Part shown: piece after piece, positions 26,470-38,800 of the stretch
How positions within the stretch are numbered: position 1 is the stretch's first letter
How the letters are laid out: every line of letters begins with the position of its first letter
From: Macrostomum lignano
Taxonomy: Eukaryota
Assembly (NCBI GenBank): GCA_002269645.1
Contig: NIVC01001124.1
Coordinates: 1-64,000 of the forward strand
Direction: 5' to 3'
Length of the DNA stretch: 64,000 bases
The notes under the pieces: model-generated
What the model was told of the DNA's origin: nothing
Databases searched by the model: none
What the model saw: the letters and a program-made list of their open reading frames with translations, nothing else
Program-made: the position numbers and the translations under genes

Positions 26470-28602
26470 TCAGCAGGAGCAGCCGCCGCTCTGCTGCTGC
26501 CCGCCCTGCTGTCCGGCGCCGCCCTGCAGCTGGATGGCCGGCGGCAGCTCCGAGGCGCCGGCATCGTCGGAGGCGGCCTCCTGGGCCAGGGCGTCCTTGG
26601 CCAGCTGCATGAAGGCGGCCTCAACGTTGACGGCCTCCTTGGCGCTGCACTCGAAGTAGGGCATGTTGGACTTGGTCTGCGCCCACTGGGCCGCGCGCTT
26701 CTTGGTGACGCCGCGGTTCTCCAGGTCAATCTTGTTGCCAACCAGCACGAATGGGAAATTGTCCGGGTCGCGGGGGCTGGCCTGGATGAGGAACTCGTCC
26801 CGCCACGAGTCCAGGGTCTTGAAGGAGTTCGGCTGCGTCACGTCGTACACTGCGGGTGCGGGCGGGGATCTGGGAGGTGACTGGGGATCTGGGAGGTGAC
26901 TGGGGATCCGGGAGGTGATCGGGGATCTGGGAGGTGACTGGGGATCCGGGAGGTGACGGGATCTGGGAGGTGACTGGGGATCTGGGAGGTGACTGGGGAT
27001 CTGGGAGGTGACTGGGGATCTGGGAGGTGACTGGGGATCTGGGAGGTGATCGGGGATCTGGGAGGTGACTGGGGATCCGGGAGGTGACGGGATCTGGGAG
27101 GTGACTGGGGATCTGGGAGGTGATCGGGGATCAGGGAGGTGACTGGGGATCTGGGAGGTGACGGGATCTGGGAGGTGATCAGGGGATCTGGGAGGTGACT
27201 GGGGATCTGGGAGGTGACTGGGGATCTGGGAGGTGACGGGATCTGGGAGGTGATCGGGGATCTGGGAGGTGACTGGGGATCCGGGAGGTGACGGGATCTG
27301 GGAGGTGACTGGGGATCTGGGAGGTGATCGGGGATCAGGGAGGTGACTGGGGATCTGGGAGGTGACGGGATCTGGGAGGTGATCAGGGGATCTGGGAGGT
27401 GACTGGGGATCTGGGAGGTGACTGGGGATCTGGGAGGTGATCAGGGGATCTGGGAGGTGACTGGGGATCTGGGAGGTGACTGGGGATCTGGGAGGTGATC
27501 GGGGATCTGGGAGGTGATCAGGGATCAGGGAGGTGATCAGGGATCAGGGAGGTGATCAGGGGATCTGGGAGGTGATCGGGGATCTGGGAGGTGACTGGGG
27601 ATCCTGAAGGTGATCAGGGGATCTGGGAGGTGATCGGGGATCTGGGAGGTGACTGGGGATCCGGAAGGTGATCAGGGGATCTGGGAGGTGATCGGGGATC
27701 TGGGAGGTGACTGGGGATCTGGGAGGTGATCGGGGATCAGGGAGGTGACTGGGGATCTGGGAGGTGACGGGATCTGGGAGGTGATCAGGGGATCTGGGAG
27801 GTGACTGGGGATCTGGGAGGTGATCAGGGGATTTGGGAGGTGACTGGGGATCTGGGAGGTGACTGGGGATCTGGGAGGTGACGGGATCTGGGAGGTGATC
27901 AGGGGATCTGGGAGGTGACTGGGGATCTGGGAGGTGACTGGGGATCTGGGAGGTGATCAGGGGATCTGGGAGGTGACTGGGGATCTGGGAGGTGACTGGG
28001 GATCTGGGAGGTGATCGGGGATCTGGGAGGTGATCAGGGATCAGGGAGGTGATCAGGGATCAGGGAGGTGATCAGGGGATCTGGGAGGTGATCGGGGATC
28101 TGGGAGGTGACTGGGGATCCGGAAGGTGATCAGGGGATCTGGGAGGTGATCGGGGATCTGGGAGGTGACTGGGGATCTGGGAGGTGATCAGGGGATCTGG
28201 GAGGTTACTGGGGATCTGGGAGGTGACTGGGGATCTGGGAGGTGACGGGATCTGAAAGGTGATCGGGGATAGTAGGACTATACGAGAGGCTGGCGGTTCT
28301 GCCAGGGGTGCCAGCAGGCACAACGCTCGGCACTCACCCAGCATGCAGGAGTCGGCGCCGCGGTAGAAGGCGACGCCCAGCGACTGGAACCGCTCCTGGC
28401 CAGCCGTGTCCCACAGCTGCAGGGTGACCACCCGGTCATCAACCATGAGCTCCTTGGTGAGGAAGTCCGCACCAATTGTGGCCTTGTACTGGTTGCTGAA
28501 CTTCCTGTTCACGAATTGGTTCATTAGGGAGGTCTTGCCGACACCGGAGTCGCCAAGGATGATCACCTTCAATAGGATCTTCTTGCGGCTGGCGCTGGAC
28601 AT
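26470..28602 (-). CDS. RAB7: Ras-related protein Rab-7, 2 exons: 28602-28338 and 26849-26470 (214 aa)
   Basis: [87 protein letters not shown] and a C-terminal CSC prenylation motif. The phase-1 GT-AG intron restores the frame. Confidence 0.97.
26865..28270. repeat. 19-bp G-rich minisatellite (ggggatctgggaggtgact) filling the Rab7 intron
   Basis: About 70 copies. Confidence 0.97.
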
Positions 28603-28799
28603 GATTGGCTGCTGCTGGATTGCTGCTTTCGGTTGCTAGGGAGGGTCAAGCTTGAGAGAGTTGTGGCTGGGGAGAAGCTGCTAGCTGCAAGTCAGAGAGA
28701 ATGCATTTTGAGGCATGATTAGCGGGTGGAATTGCGACTCTGGTGGGTAGATCTCCCACTTGGTTAAGAATCCCACAAATCTGTAAATCTTAACCATCT

Positions 28800-29240
28800 A
28801 AACACATATCCCCATATCCTACACACAGATCCCCATATCCCACACACTGATCCCCATATCCTGCACACATATCCCCATATCCTGCACACATCCCCATATC
28901 CTGCACACAAATCCCCATATCCTACACACTGATCCCCATATCCTGCACACATATCCCCATATCCTGCACACAAATCCTCATATCCTACACACTGATCCCC
29001 ATATCATACACACATATCCCCATATCCTACACAGATACCCATATCATGCACACAGATCCCCCATATCCTACACACAGATCCCCATTTTACACACAGATCC
29101 CCATTTTACACACAGATCCCCATATGCTACATACTGATCCCCAGATCCTAAACACAGATCCCCATATCCTACATACTGATCCCTATATCCTACACAAAGA
29201 TCCCAATATCCTGCACACAGATCCTCATATCCTACACAAA
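28800..29240. repeat. ~21-bp minisatellite (cacacagatccccatatccta)
   Basis: Degenerate tandem copies upstream of Rab7. Confidence 0.9.
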
Positions 29241-29724
29241 GCCATAAAAATGTTTAAAGGACGGACGGAAGTCTAATGAGCAAGTCTGAGCCTACTGTAT
29301 TCGAAGGCCAGAAAATTACTGCAAAAAAGCAAATAGAAAATATAATTTTATAAAATAACATATAAATATATATACAACACTACTGTAGAATCTACTCATA
29401 GGCTCATCTTAATTTTACGGAATAGGCGACAATTTTACTGCCATTTGACTTGTAAAAATTGGAGCAAAACGCGATGATTACCAGACAAAATATTGGCATA
29501 CAGTTATAGGCACATTACATTGACAAAATGACTGCTAGTATATTTAGGTATATAAAAATATTGACGCGAGCATTCATTATTATAAAACAATTTTAATAAG
29601 TGTACTTGGGTACAGTGATTCGAAAATGCCTAATCAATGGGAATTATATTCCGAAAAATGGGCATTAGATTACATTCGGACCGATACGCCTTAGTTAATT
29701 AAATTGATTCTCACTTCCAACTTA

Positions 29725-30305
29725 TTGAGCGAGTGTACACTGGGGGGCTGAACTGGAGCGAGTGTACATTGGATGGGGGCTGAACTGGAGCGAGTGTACA
29801 TTGAGTGGGGGCTGAACTGGAGCGAGTGTACATTGGATGGGGGCTGAACTGGAGCGAGTGTACATTGAGTGGGGGCTGAACTGGAGCGAGTGTACATTGG
29901 GTGGGGGCTGAACTGGAGCGAGTGTACATTGAGTGGGGGCTGAACTGGAGCGAGTGTACATTGGGTGGGGGCTGAACTGGAGCGAGTGTACATTGGGTGG
30001 GGGCTGAACTGGAGCGAGTGTACATTGAGTGGGGGCTGAACTGGAGCGAGTGTACATTGGGTGGGGGCTGAACTGGAGCGAGTGTACATTGAGTGGGGCT
30101 GAACTGGAGCGAGTGTACATTGGGTGGGGGCTGAACTGGAGCGAGTGTACATTGAGTGGGGCTGAACTGGAGCGAGTGTACATTGAGTGGGGCTGAACTG
30201 GAGCGAGTGTACATTGGGTGGGGGCTGAACTGGAGCGAGTGTACATTGGGTGGGGTCTGAACTGCAACTGGAGCGAGTGTACATTGGGTGGGGGCTGAAC
30301 TGGAA
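29725..30305. repeat. 31-32 bp minisatellite (tacattgggtgggggctgaactggagcgagtg)
   Basis: About 18 copies. Confidence 0.96.
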
Positions 30306-30734
30306 CGCAAATATGATTTAGCAAAAATCTGTATTATTTACATTGTGTTTTTTCAGTATTTTAAGAATGAATTAAAATATTGTACGAAATTATAAAAAAA
30401 ACTTGAAGATTTGAAGACGTTTTTTGAAATAAAAGAATCTCACGAATAAAACAATTTACCAGTAAAGAGTAATAAGATCACTAAGGCCCGCGCGCTGAGC
30501 TCATGCTGATGAAAATATGCATATTGAGAGAAGACAAAGCAGTAAAAGGAACCAGCTGCAACAAAAGTGCACAGCCGAAATACAATATTTTAAATGAATA
30601 AAATGATAACATGCCTCACGTGCGATACTTAAATATCCTCGTATTAGTTTGCAACTGATTTGCAACTGATGTACAACTCAATTACAGTTGCAAAATTTCA
30701 GCTTCCGCTTTTTTAATGCTTGTGTTTATCTGCT

Positions 30735-31540
30735 CAATGTGTACCTGTGATTATCAGGATGACGTGTACTTATCCACCCAAGGTGTACCTGTGATTATCA
30801 GCATGACGTGTGCTTATCCACCCAAGGTGTACCTGTGATTATCAGGATGACGTGTACTTATCCACCCAAGGTGTACCTGTGATTATCAGCATGACGTGTG
30901 TTCATCTGCTCAATGTGTACCTGTGATTATCAGGATGACGTGTACTTATCCACCCAAGGTGTACCTGTGATTATCAGCATGACGTGTACTTATCCACCCA
31001 AGGTGTACCTGTGATTATCAGCATGATGTGTGCTTATCTGCTCAATGTGTACCTGTGATTATCAGCATGACGTGTGCTTATCTGCCCAATGTGTACCTGT
31101 GATTATCAGCATGACGTGTGTTCATCTGCTCAATGTGTACCTGTGATTATCAGCATGACGTGTGCTTATCTGCCCAATGTGTACCTGTGATTATCAGCAC
31201 GACGTGTGTTCATCTGCTCAATGTGTACCTGTGATTATCAGCATGACGTGTGCTTATCTGCCCAATGTGTACCTGTGATTATCAGCATGACGTGTGCTTA
31301 TCTGCCCAATGTGTACCTGTGATTATCAGCATGACGTGTGCTTATCTGCCCAATGTGTACCTGTGATTATCAGCATGACGTGTGCTTATCTGCCCAATGT
31401 GTACCTGTGATTATCAGCATGACGTGTGCTTATCCACCCAATGTGTACCTGTGATTATCAGGATGACGTGTGCTTATCTGCCCAATGTGTACCTGTGAAT
31501 ATCAGCATGACGTGTGCTTATCTGCCCAATGTGTACCTGT
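30735..31540. repeat. 44-bp minisatellite (tgtacctgtgattatcagcatgacgtgtgcttatctgcccaatg)
   Basis: About 18 copies, beginning within 6 nt of the Rab7-like stop codon. Confidence 0.96.
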
Positions 31541-31545
31541 GCTAT

Positions 31546-33174
31546 TCAACAAGAGCCGCAGCTCTTTGACTTGGCGACAGTCTCGCCGGTCTGGCCAGGC
31601 TCATCGCCGTCGTGCAGTTGCAGCACAACGCCAGGCGGAGCATCCAGCAGATCGGTCCGGTCGCCGGCAATTTTGCGGGCCAGAGCCAGATTGGCCAGGT
31701 GATGAAATGCGTCGGCAACGTTTATAGCCTGAAGATGGGAGGCATTAGACATTGCCGGGTAAAAGGCGCGAGTAAAAGCTGTGCATAAGCAGGCCAATGC
31801 CTCATCATCTGATTAGTGATATTGCATAGGCACTGATATCAGATCGGAGTCGTTTTGCCAATTAGAATTTAAAGGGACAGATGAAGATCCGGCCAAATCT
31901 GAGCAGACAAATTTTGAGAATGCTGTCCAGCTGGAACTCTGAATTTTAATATACAAGTACTGTAAATAATAAAAATAATTGATTAAACCTGCCCCAATTG
32001 GACGCTCTGACCATTAGACTACAAGCCTACAACCCCCTCAAGCCCGGTGTATGGGTGTGGGCTTGTAGCTTTGTGTGTTGCAGTATAAATATATGAGGCC
32101 ACGGCACGACAATTAGATAGGATAAAATAGACGGCAAGATTAGTCAGTTTTACATGAATTAATTAGATTTTTTATTTCCCCACCTGCTTGGCGGAGCACT
32201 CCAAGTAGGGCATGCCAAGGTTGGAGCTGCACCACCGTCTCGCACTGTCCGGCTGTACGCAGCGATGCTCCAAGTCCACTTTGTTGCCAATTAGCATAAA
32301 TGGAAACTGTTCGGCCTCGCGAATCTGAGCCTCGATTGTGAACTCCTGCAGCCAGGATGTCAGAGCGGAGAAGCTGCACTGATCCGTGACGTCGTATACT
32401 GAATTGGCGGTGTGCGGCGTTCGGCGGCTTGTTAGTTCGTTTTTCAAAGTTCTTGAGAGTTTGGCTGTTCACCATTATTTGTAGTTAGGGGTCAGGCATC
32501 GGAGTAGTTGGGGTCAGGCATCGGAGTAGTTGGGGTCAGGCATCGGAGTAGTTGGGGTCAGGCATCGGAGTAGTTGGGGTCAGGCATCGGAGTAGTTGGG
32601 GTCAGGCATCGGAGTAGTTGGGGTCAGGCATCGGAGTAGTTGGGGTCAGGCATCGGAGTAGTTGGGGTCAGGCATCGGAGTAGTTGGGGTCAGGCATCGG
32701 AGTAGTTGTATCAGGCATCGGAGTAGTTGGGGTCAGGCATCGGAGTAGTTTGGGTCAGGCGTCGGAGTGAGCAGTGAGGGTCAGACTCCAGAGCAGGGGG
32801 GGTCAGACTCCAGAGCAGTGGGGGTCAGACTCCAGAGCAGTGGGGGTCAGACTCCGGAGCAGTGGGGGTCAGACCCCGGAGCAGTGGGGTCAATAAGACG
32901 CCCGCTACTCACCCAGCACGCAGGCGTCGGCGCCGCGAAAGAAGGCCCGGCCAAGCGACCGGAACCGCTCCTGGCCGGCCGTGTCCCACAGCTGCAGGGT
33001 GACCGTCTGCTTCTCCAGCTGCACCATTTTAACAAGAAAGTCCGCCCCGATTGTGGCCGTGTATTGCCCGGTAAATCGCCGATTAACATACTGCTGCAGC
33101 AGGGAGGTCTTGCCGGCTCCGGCGTTGCCAAGGACAACCACCTTGAGCACTGTATGCTGCAGAGTCTGGGACAT
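31546..33174 (-). CDS. Divergent Rab7-like small GTPase, 3 exons: 33174-32913, 32398-32184, 31728-31546 (~219 aa)
   Basis: [67 protein letters not shown] and C-terminal SCGSC. GT-AG introns have consistent phases; the first intron is at the same position as in Rab7. Confidence 0.9.
32485..32892. repeat. Two adjacent related 22-bp minisatellites in Rab7-like intron 1
   Basis: ggggtcaggcatcggagtagtt followed by ggggtcagactccagagcagtg. Confidence 0.93.
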
Positions 33175-33274
33175 TGCTTGTCAGATAGGATTGCTTCTTC
33201 TGCGGCTTCTGTCTAATCAAAATCATGCAATAAATAAATACTAGGCATTAAAATTTGCTTTCGTTCTGAACGGC

Positions 33275-33478
33275 TGGCTGCTCAGTCTGAGTATCTGGGA
33301 GGCTGGCTTCTCAGCCTGAGGATTTGGGAGGCTGGCTGCTCAGTCTGAGGATCTAGGAGGCTGGCTGCTCAGTCTGAGGATCTGGGAGGCTGGCTGCTCA
33401 GTCTGAGGGTCTGGGAGGCTGGCTGCTCAGTCTGAGGGTCTGGGAGGCTGGCTGCTCAGTCTGAGGGTCTGGGAGGTT
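33275..33478. repeat. 29-bp minisatellite (ctggctgctcagtctgaggatctgggagg)
   Basis: About 7 copies, interrupted by a SINE. Confidence 0.9.
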
Positions 33479-33838
33479 TTTTTATTAGAGGCAGGGGGGT
33501 TGTGTGCACCCTGGCGCACTTTAAGCGACATTGGCACACAACCGGCGAGAGGCATTGCTGCCCATTCCGCCGACTCCCCTGAGCAGGCATACAAGCGCGC
33601 GGATACGTACGCAGGCACACACTCACACAGGAGTGTACAGCGGCCCTAACTTTACATTATCGTTAGGCATGTACACTTCACTGCGCCTTGGGGGGTTGGC
33701 TCTCAAGGCCGTTAATTGCACGAGCAGAGCCAAGCCGAGATTCCAATTCAGCCCCAAATTAATGTGACTGCACTTGGAATCGAGCCTGGGTCGCTGGCAC
33801 ACCAGAGCAGCTGCGCTACCGCTGGGCTACGGCCCCCC
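33479..33838 (-). mobile_element. tRNA-derived SINE, copy 1
   Basis: The minus strand starts ggggggccgtagcccagcggtagcg (A box) then ggctcgattcc (B box) and ends in an A-rich tail. It is flanked by the direct repeat tctgggaggtt (33468-33478 / 33841-33851) and is nearly identical to 52525-52890. Confidence 0.85.
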
Positions 33839-34309
33839 TATCTGGGAGGTTGGTGGCCCAGCAACTGCAGAATCTTGAGACGCTGACCTAAAAAGTTCAT
33901 TAAAAACAATAAAGAAAAAAGCAAGGAAAATAGATATTAAAGCTCTTCAAAAGCAGTGCAAAGAGTTGGGTAGCAACAATTTTTCCTAGAAATTTCTATA
34001 CTTCTTTTGTCATAACAAACCAGCCTGCCAAAATATATGGCTTGACAATCAATCGCTGGAAACAGTAAAAGAACAGACGGTCCGGGCACCGCTGCACTAA
34101 TATATTTCGTCTAGCAATGCGCTGCGCAACATAGCACGGGGCATATACTCGTATATGTATGTGAAGATAGATAATGCACACAAAATATAACAAATGAAAA
34201 CTGGGAAAACACTACTACAAAAGAGTAGTTTCATTATTCCGCGCTCAGAATATAGCTGTTCTATCTATCTCCTAGCTTCCTTCTGATTCGCTGCTGCTCT
34301 GGTGATTGG

Positions 34310-34890
34310 TGACAGCCAATCAGAGGGAAGTTAGGGCGGGGGGAAGAGAGTGAAACGGGAGACACCGAAACAGAGCCCGTTCTGTGTAACTGATAAGCAC
34401 CCGCTACTCGTTCTCCTCTCTCTCCTTTCTTTAACATATCTATGGGTTAGATAAGCGACAGCCAATAAGAATGAAGCTAGGAAAGAGAGACCGAAACAGA
34501 GTCCGGTCCGTTTTACTGATAATAAACAACACTCTCCCCACCTCTCTCTCCTCTCTTTAGCCTATCTATAGGTTAGATAAGCGGTAGCCAATAAAAATGA
34601 AGCTAGGAAAGAGAGAAAGAGAGAAAGAGAGATCAAGATAAAAACAGAGCCTGGTCCGTTTAACTGATGATAAGCAACCCCTCTCCTCCTCACTCTCCTT
34701 TCGTTACCCTATCTGTGGGTTAGATAAACGACAGCCAATCAGAATGAAGCTAGGAAAGAGAAGAAGAGACCGAAACAGAGCCCGGTCCGTTTAACTGATA
34801 ATAAGCAACCCCCTCTCCTCCTCTCTCTCCTTTCGTTACTCCATCTGTGGGTTAGATAAACGACAGCCAATCAGAATGAAGCTAGAAGAG
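34310..34890. repeat. Degenerate ~125-145 bp tandem repeat, each unit with an AGCCAAT motif
   Basis: About 5 units sharing gacagccaatcagaatgaagctagg...gagaccgaaacagagcccggtccgt...gggttagataa. Confidence 0.85.
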
Positions 34891-34958
34891 AGACACTAAC
34901 TAATAAGATTTTCTTATACTAAACTTAGCTAAACAAGAAAGTGTCAACAATTAATTAG

Positions 34959-35814
34959 TCAACCACCGGCCGGATCTCGTCCGCAGAATCGCCTGTAGGC
35001 TTCCACAAAGCTGTGCCCCCTCTCCGGATCAAGGAAACTGTCACGAAATCTTGCGCCCATGTCCTCTCCGCTGGACGGATCGGACAGCACTCCGACAGCG
35101 TCCATAGCCAGCACCGTGTTGAACAGGCGATCCAGAGCCGATTCCCTCAGGCCTGGCAAGCCGAATATATCCAGCGCCGAGCAGGGCCATTCGTTTTCCG
35201 ATAGATCGTGCTGAAAGAATGGCAGAAAATCTCTGCCTAGAGAAGTCTGCGCCCTCTGCCAATTAGCATCTGTGCTCCATAGTTCAACTGCGTAGGCCGC
35301 TCTGTACAGGCAGTGCAACAGGTTCATCGCTTGCTGTCCGGCTAGCAGCTCGGACACGGCCGGCCAGTCCGGACAGCTGGAACTGCCGTCGGACAGCAGG
35401 CGCTGTTGAATATTAGGATCCGGCCAGGTGGCCAAACAGCGAAACATGGCCGGCAGAAAGTAGGAGCGATTCTCCTGTCTGTCCGGACACAGATACGGAC
35501 CCATGGCCGGATGGCCGGTCAGCTGTTGCAGCACGGCGGCCAGGCGCTCGGCCATAATGGCCGAATCTGTGTTAGCTACGATAGGCAGGTCCCAGGCCTG
35601 GTAGGCCACGGGCTGCTGCTGCTGATCGCTGCTGGCGGCGTACAGCCTTTCTAAGCAGCCCGTGCCGCCTAGGTATGGGTAAACCACCTGCCACATGGGG
35701 TTGGGGGAGAGAGAAGGGTTGGAGATGCACCTAAAATTCTAATTGGCTTTGGGATACACGGGCAGACAAGTAGACAGGCAGACAAAAAAAACAGAGACAC
35801 AGACACACTAAGAA

Positions 35815-35859
<45 letters not shown>

Positions 35860-38800
35860 CTAAGACAGACAGACACTAAGACTGACACAGACACTAAGAC
35901 AGGCACAGTGAGACAGACACAGACAGTGAGATAGACAAAGACAGTGAGACAGACACTAAGACAGACGCAAACACTAAGACAGGCACAGTGAGACAGACAC
36001 TAAGACAGACGCAAACACCAAGACAGGCACAGTGAGACAGACACTAAGACTGACACAGACACTAAGACAGACACAGACAGTGAGATAGACAAAGACAGTG
36101 AGACAGACACTAAGACAGACGCAAACACTAAGACAGGCACAGTGAGACAGACACTAAGACAGACGCAAACACCAAGACAGGCACAGTGAGACAGACACTA
36201 AGACAGACGCAAACACCAAGACAGGCACAGTGAGACAGACACAGACAGTGAGATAGACACAGACAGTGAGATAGACACAGACAGTGAGACAGACACTAAG
36301 ACAGACGCAAACACCAAGACAGGCACAGTGAGACAGACACAGACAGTGAGATAGACACAGACAGTGAGACAGACACTAAGACAGACGCAAACACTAAGAC
36401 AGGCACAGTGAGACAGACACTAAGACAGACGCAAACACCAAGACAGGCACAGTGAGACAGACAGACCCACACCAACCTTGCGCATTCGTCCGCCGGACAG
36501 CCAGACCAGGCGGCCCAGCAGAGCGCCTTGGCCAGTCTCGCCGTTTGCATCGAGCCGCCTCAGATCGAACACCTCAGCATTATGATGCGGATGCATCGGC
36601 CCAGCTTCGCCAGTGGCCTTGGCATTGGCCTCGAATGACAAGCCGAATAACTGTCTGATCAGATCGAACCAGTTCTGCCTGAGCTGGGCCATGGGCACAG
36701 CAGGCGGATAGCTGTGCTCAGCCAGCAGCCGCCGTTGCCAATACTCCCAGTCCCACGGCTGCAGAGGGCCGTCTGTGAGGCCGCCGTTGTCTTGGGCGAA
36801 GTCGCTGACCCGATTGAAATGATCCAACGCGATTGGCTGATAGCGGCGCTTCAGAACTTCAAGAAGGTCGACCACAGACTGAACCGACTGGGGCAGGCCG
36901 TCCTACAGTCGGAAAGGATGGCAAACTACACGAAAATCTGCCAGATTCATTACAAACTACACGAAAATCTGCCAGATTCATTACAAACTACACGAAAATC
37001 TGCCAGATTCATTACAAACTGCACAAGAAAATCTGCCAGATTCATTACAAACTGCACAAGAAAATCTGCCAGATTCATTACAAACTGCACAAGAAAATCT
37101 GTCAGATTCATTACAAACTGCACAAGAAAATCTGCCAGATTCATTACAAACTGCACAAGAAAATCTGTCAGATTCATTACAAACTGCACAAGAAAATCTG
37201 CCAGATTCATTACAAACTGCACAAGAAAATCTGTCAGATTCATTACAAACTGCACAAGAAAATCTGCCAGATTCATTACAAACTGCACAAGAAAATCTGC
37301 CAGATTCATTACAAACTACACGAAAATCTGCCAGATTCATTACAAACTGCACAAGAAAATCTGCCAGATTCATTACAAACTGCACAAGAAAATCTGTCAG
37401 ATTCATTACAAACTGCACAAGAAAATCTGCCAGATTCATTACAAACTGCACAAGAAAATCTGCCACATTCATTACAAACTGCACCCAGCTAGCCAAACAT
37501 TTCACTATAAGCTACACATATTGAAATCTGCCACATTCATTACAAACTACACCCAGCTAGCCAAACATTTCACTATAAGCTACACACATTGAAATCTGCC
37601 ACATTCATTACAAACTACACCCAGCTAGCCAAACATTTCACTATAAGCTACACACATTAAAATCTGCCACATTCATTACAAACTACACCCAGCTAGCCAA
37701 ACATTTCACTATAAGCTACACATATTGAAATCTGCCACATTCATTACAAACTACACCCAGCTAGCCAAACATTTCACTATAAGCTACACACATTGAAATC
37801 TGCCACATTCATTACAAACTACACCCAGCTAGCCAAACATTTCACTATAAGCTACACACATTGAAATCTGCCACATTCATTACAAACTACACCCAGCTAG
37901 CCAAACATTTCACTATAAGCTACACATATTGAAATCTGCCACATTCATTACAAACTACACCCAGCTAGCCAAACATTTCACTATAAGCTACACACATTGA
38001 AATCTGCCACATTCATTACAAACTACACCCAGCTAGCCAAACATTTCACTATAAGCTACACATATTGAAATCTGCCACATTCATTACAAACTACACCCAG
38101 CTAGCCAAACATTTCACTATAAGCTACACACATTGAAATCTGCCACATTCATTACAAACTACACCCAGCTAGCCAAACATTTCACTATAAGCTACACACA
38201 TTGAAATCTGCCACATTCATTACAAACTACACCCAGCTAGCCAAACATTTCACTATAAGCTACACATATTGAAATCTGCCACATTCATTACAAACTACAC
38301 CCAGCTAACCAAACATTTCACTATAAGCTACACATATTGAAATCTGCCACATTCATTACAAACTACACCCAGCTAGCCAAACATTTCACTATAAGCTACA
38401 CATATTGAAATCAGCCACATGCAGCACCAAAAACCGCACCTGGCTGCTCTGCCTCAAATCGATAGCCACCCTATTTTCGTATCCCAGCGCCTCGCTCAGC
38501 GTTTCAAACGCTATCCTCTGATCGCTGATAACGGTAGGGTTGTCCAACCGATTAGCGAAATGCCGCAAACGGCCGGCAACGCCGCAGTGAGCTGACCAGG
38601 CGGCCTGCCTGGAGGCCCGGTCCTTGCACACTTGCATGAACTCATCGTAGATGCCCGGCGTCAGGGTTAACACGTACAAGCCTTCTTCATCGCTAATAGA
38701 GCGCAGGTGTTCGAGAAACTCCGGCTTAGCGTACGACTCGAATAGGCCAGGATCGCTGATCACCATACGGTAGAAGGTGCCACTTGTGACAACGTTTGTC

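Noticed and set aside
29691-30324. Three overlapping ~200-aa ORFs
   Set aside because: Products of a 31-32 bp minisatellite.
30500-30520. ctgatga motif as a possible second hammerhead (also at ~63173)
   Set aside because: No stem II/GAAA/stem I arrangement around it.
36714-37592. Plus-strand Cys/His-rich repeat ORFs (ICQIHYKLH / CTRKSARF)
   Set aside because: Antisense to an M3-like exon and its intronic 33-mer array; the periodicity equals the repeat unit.
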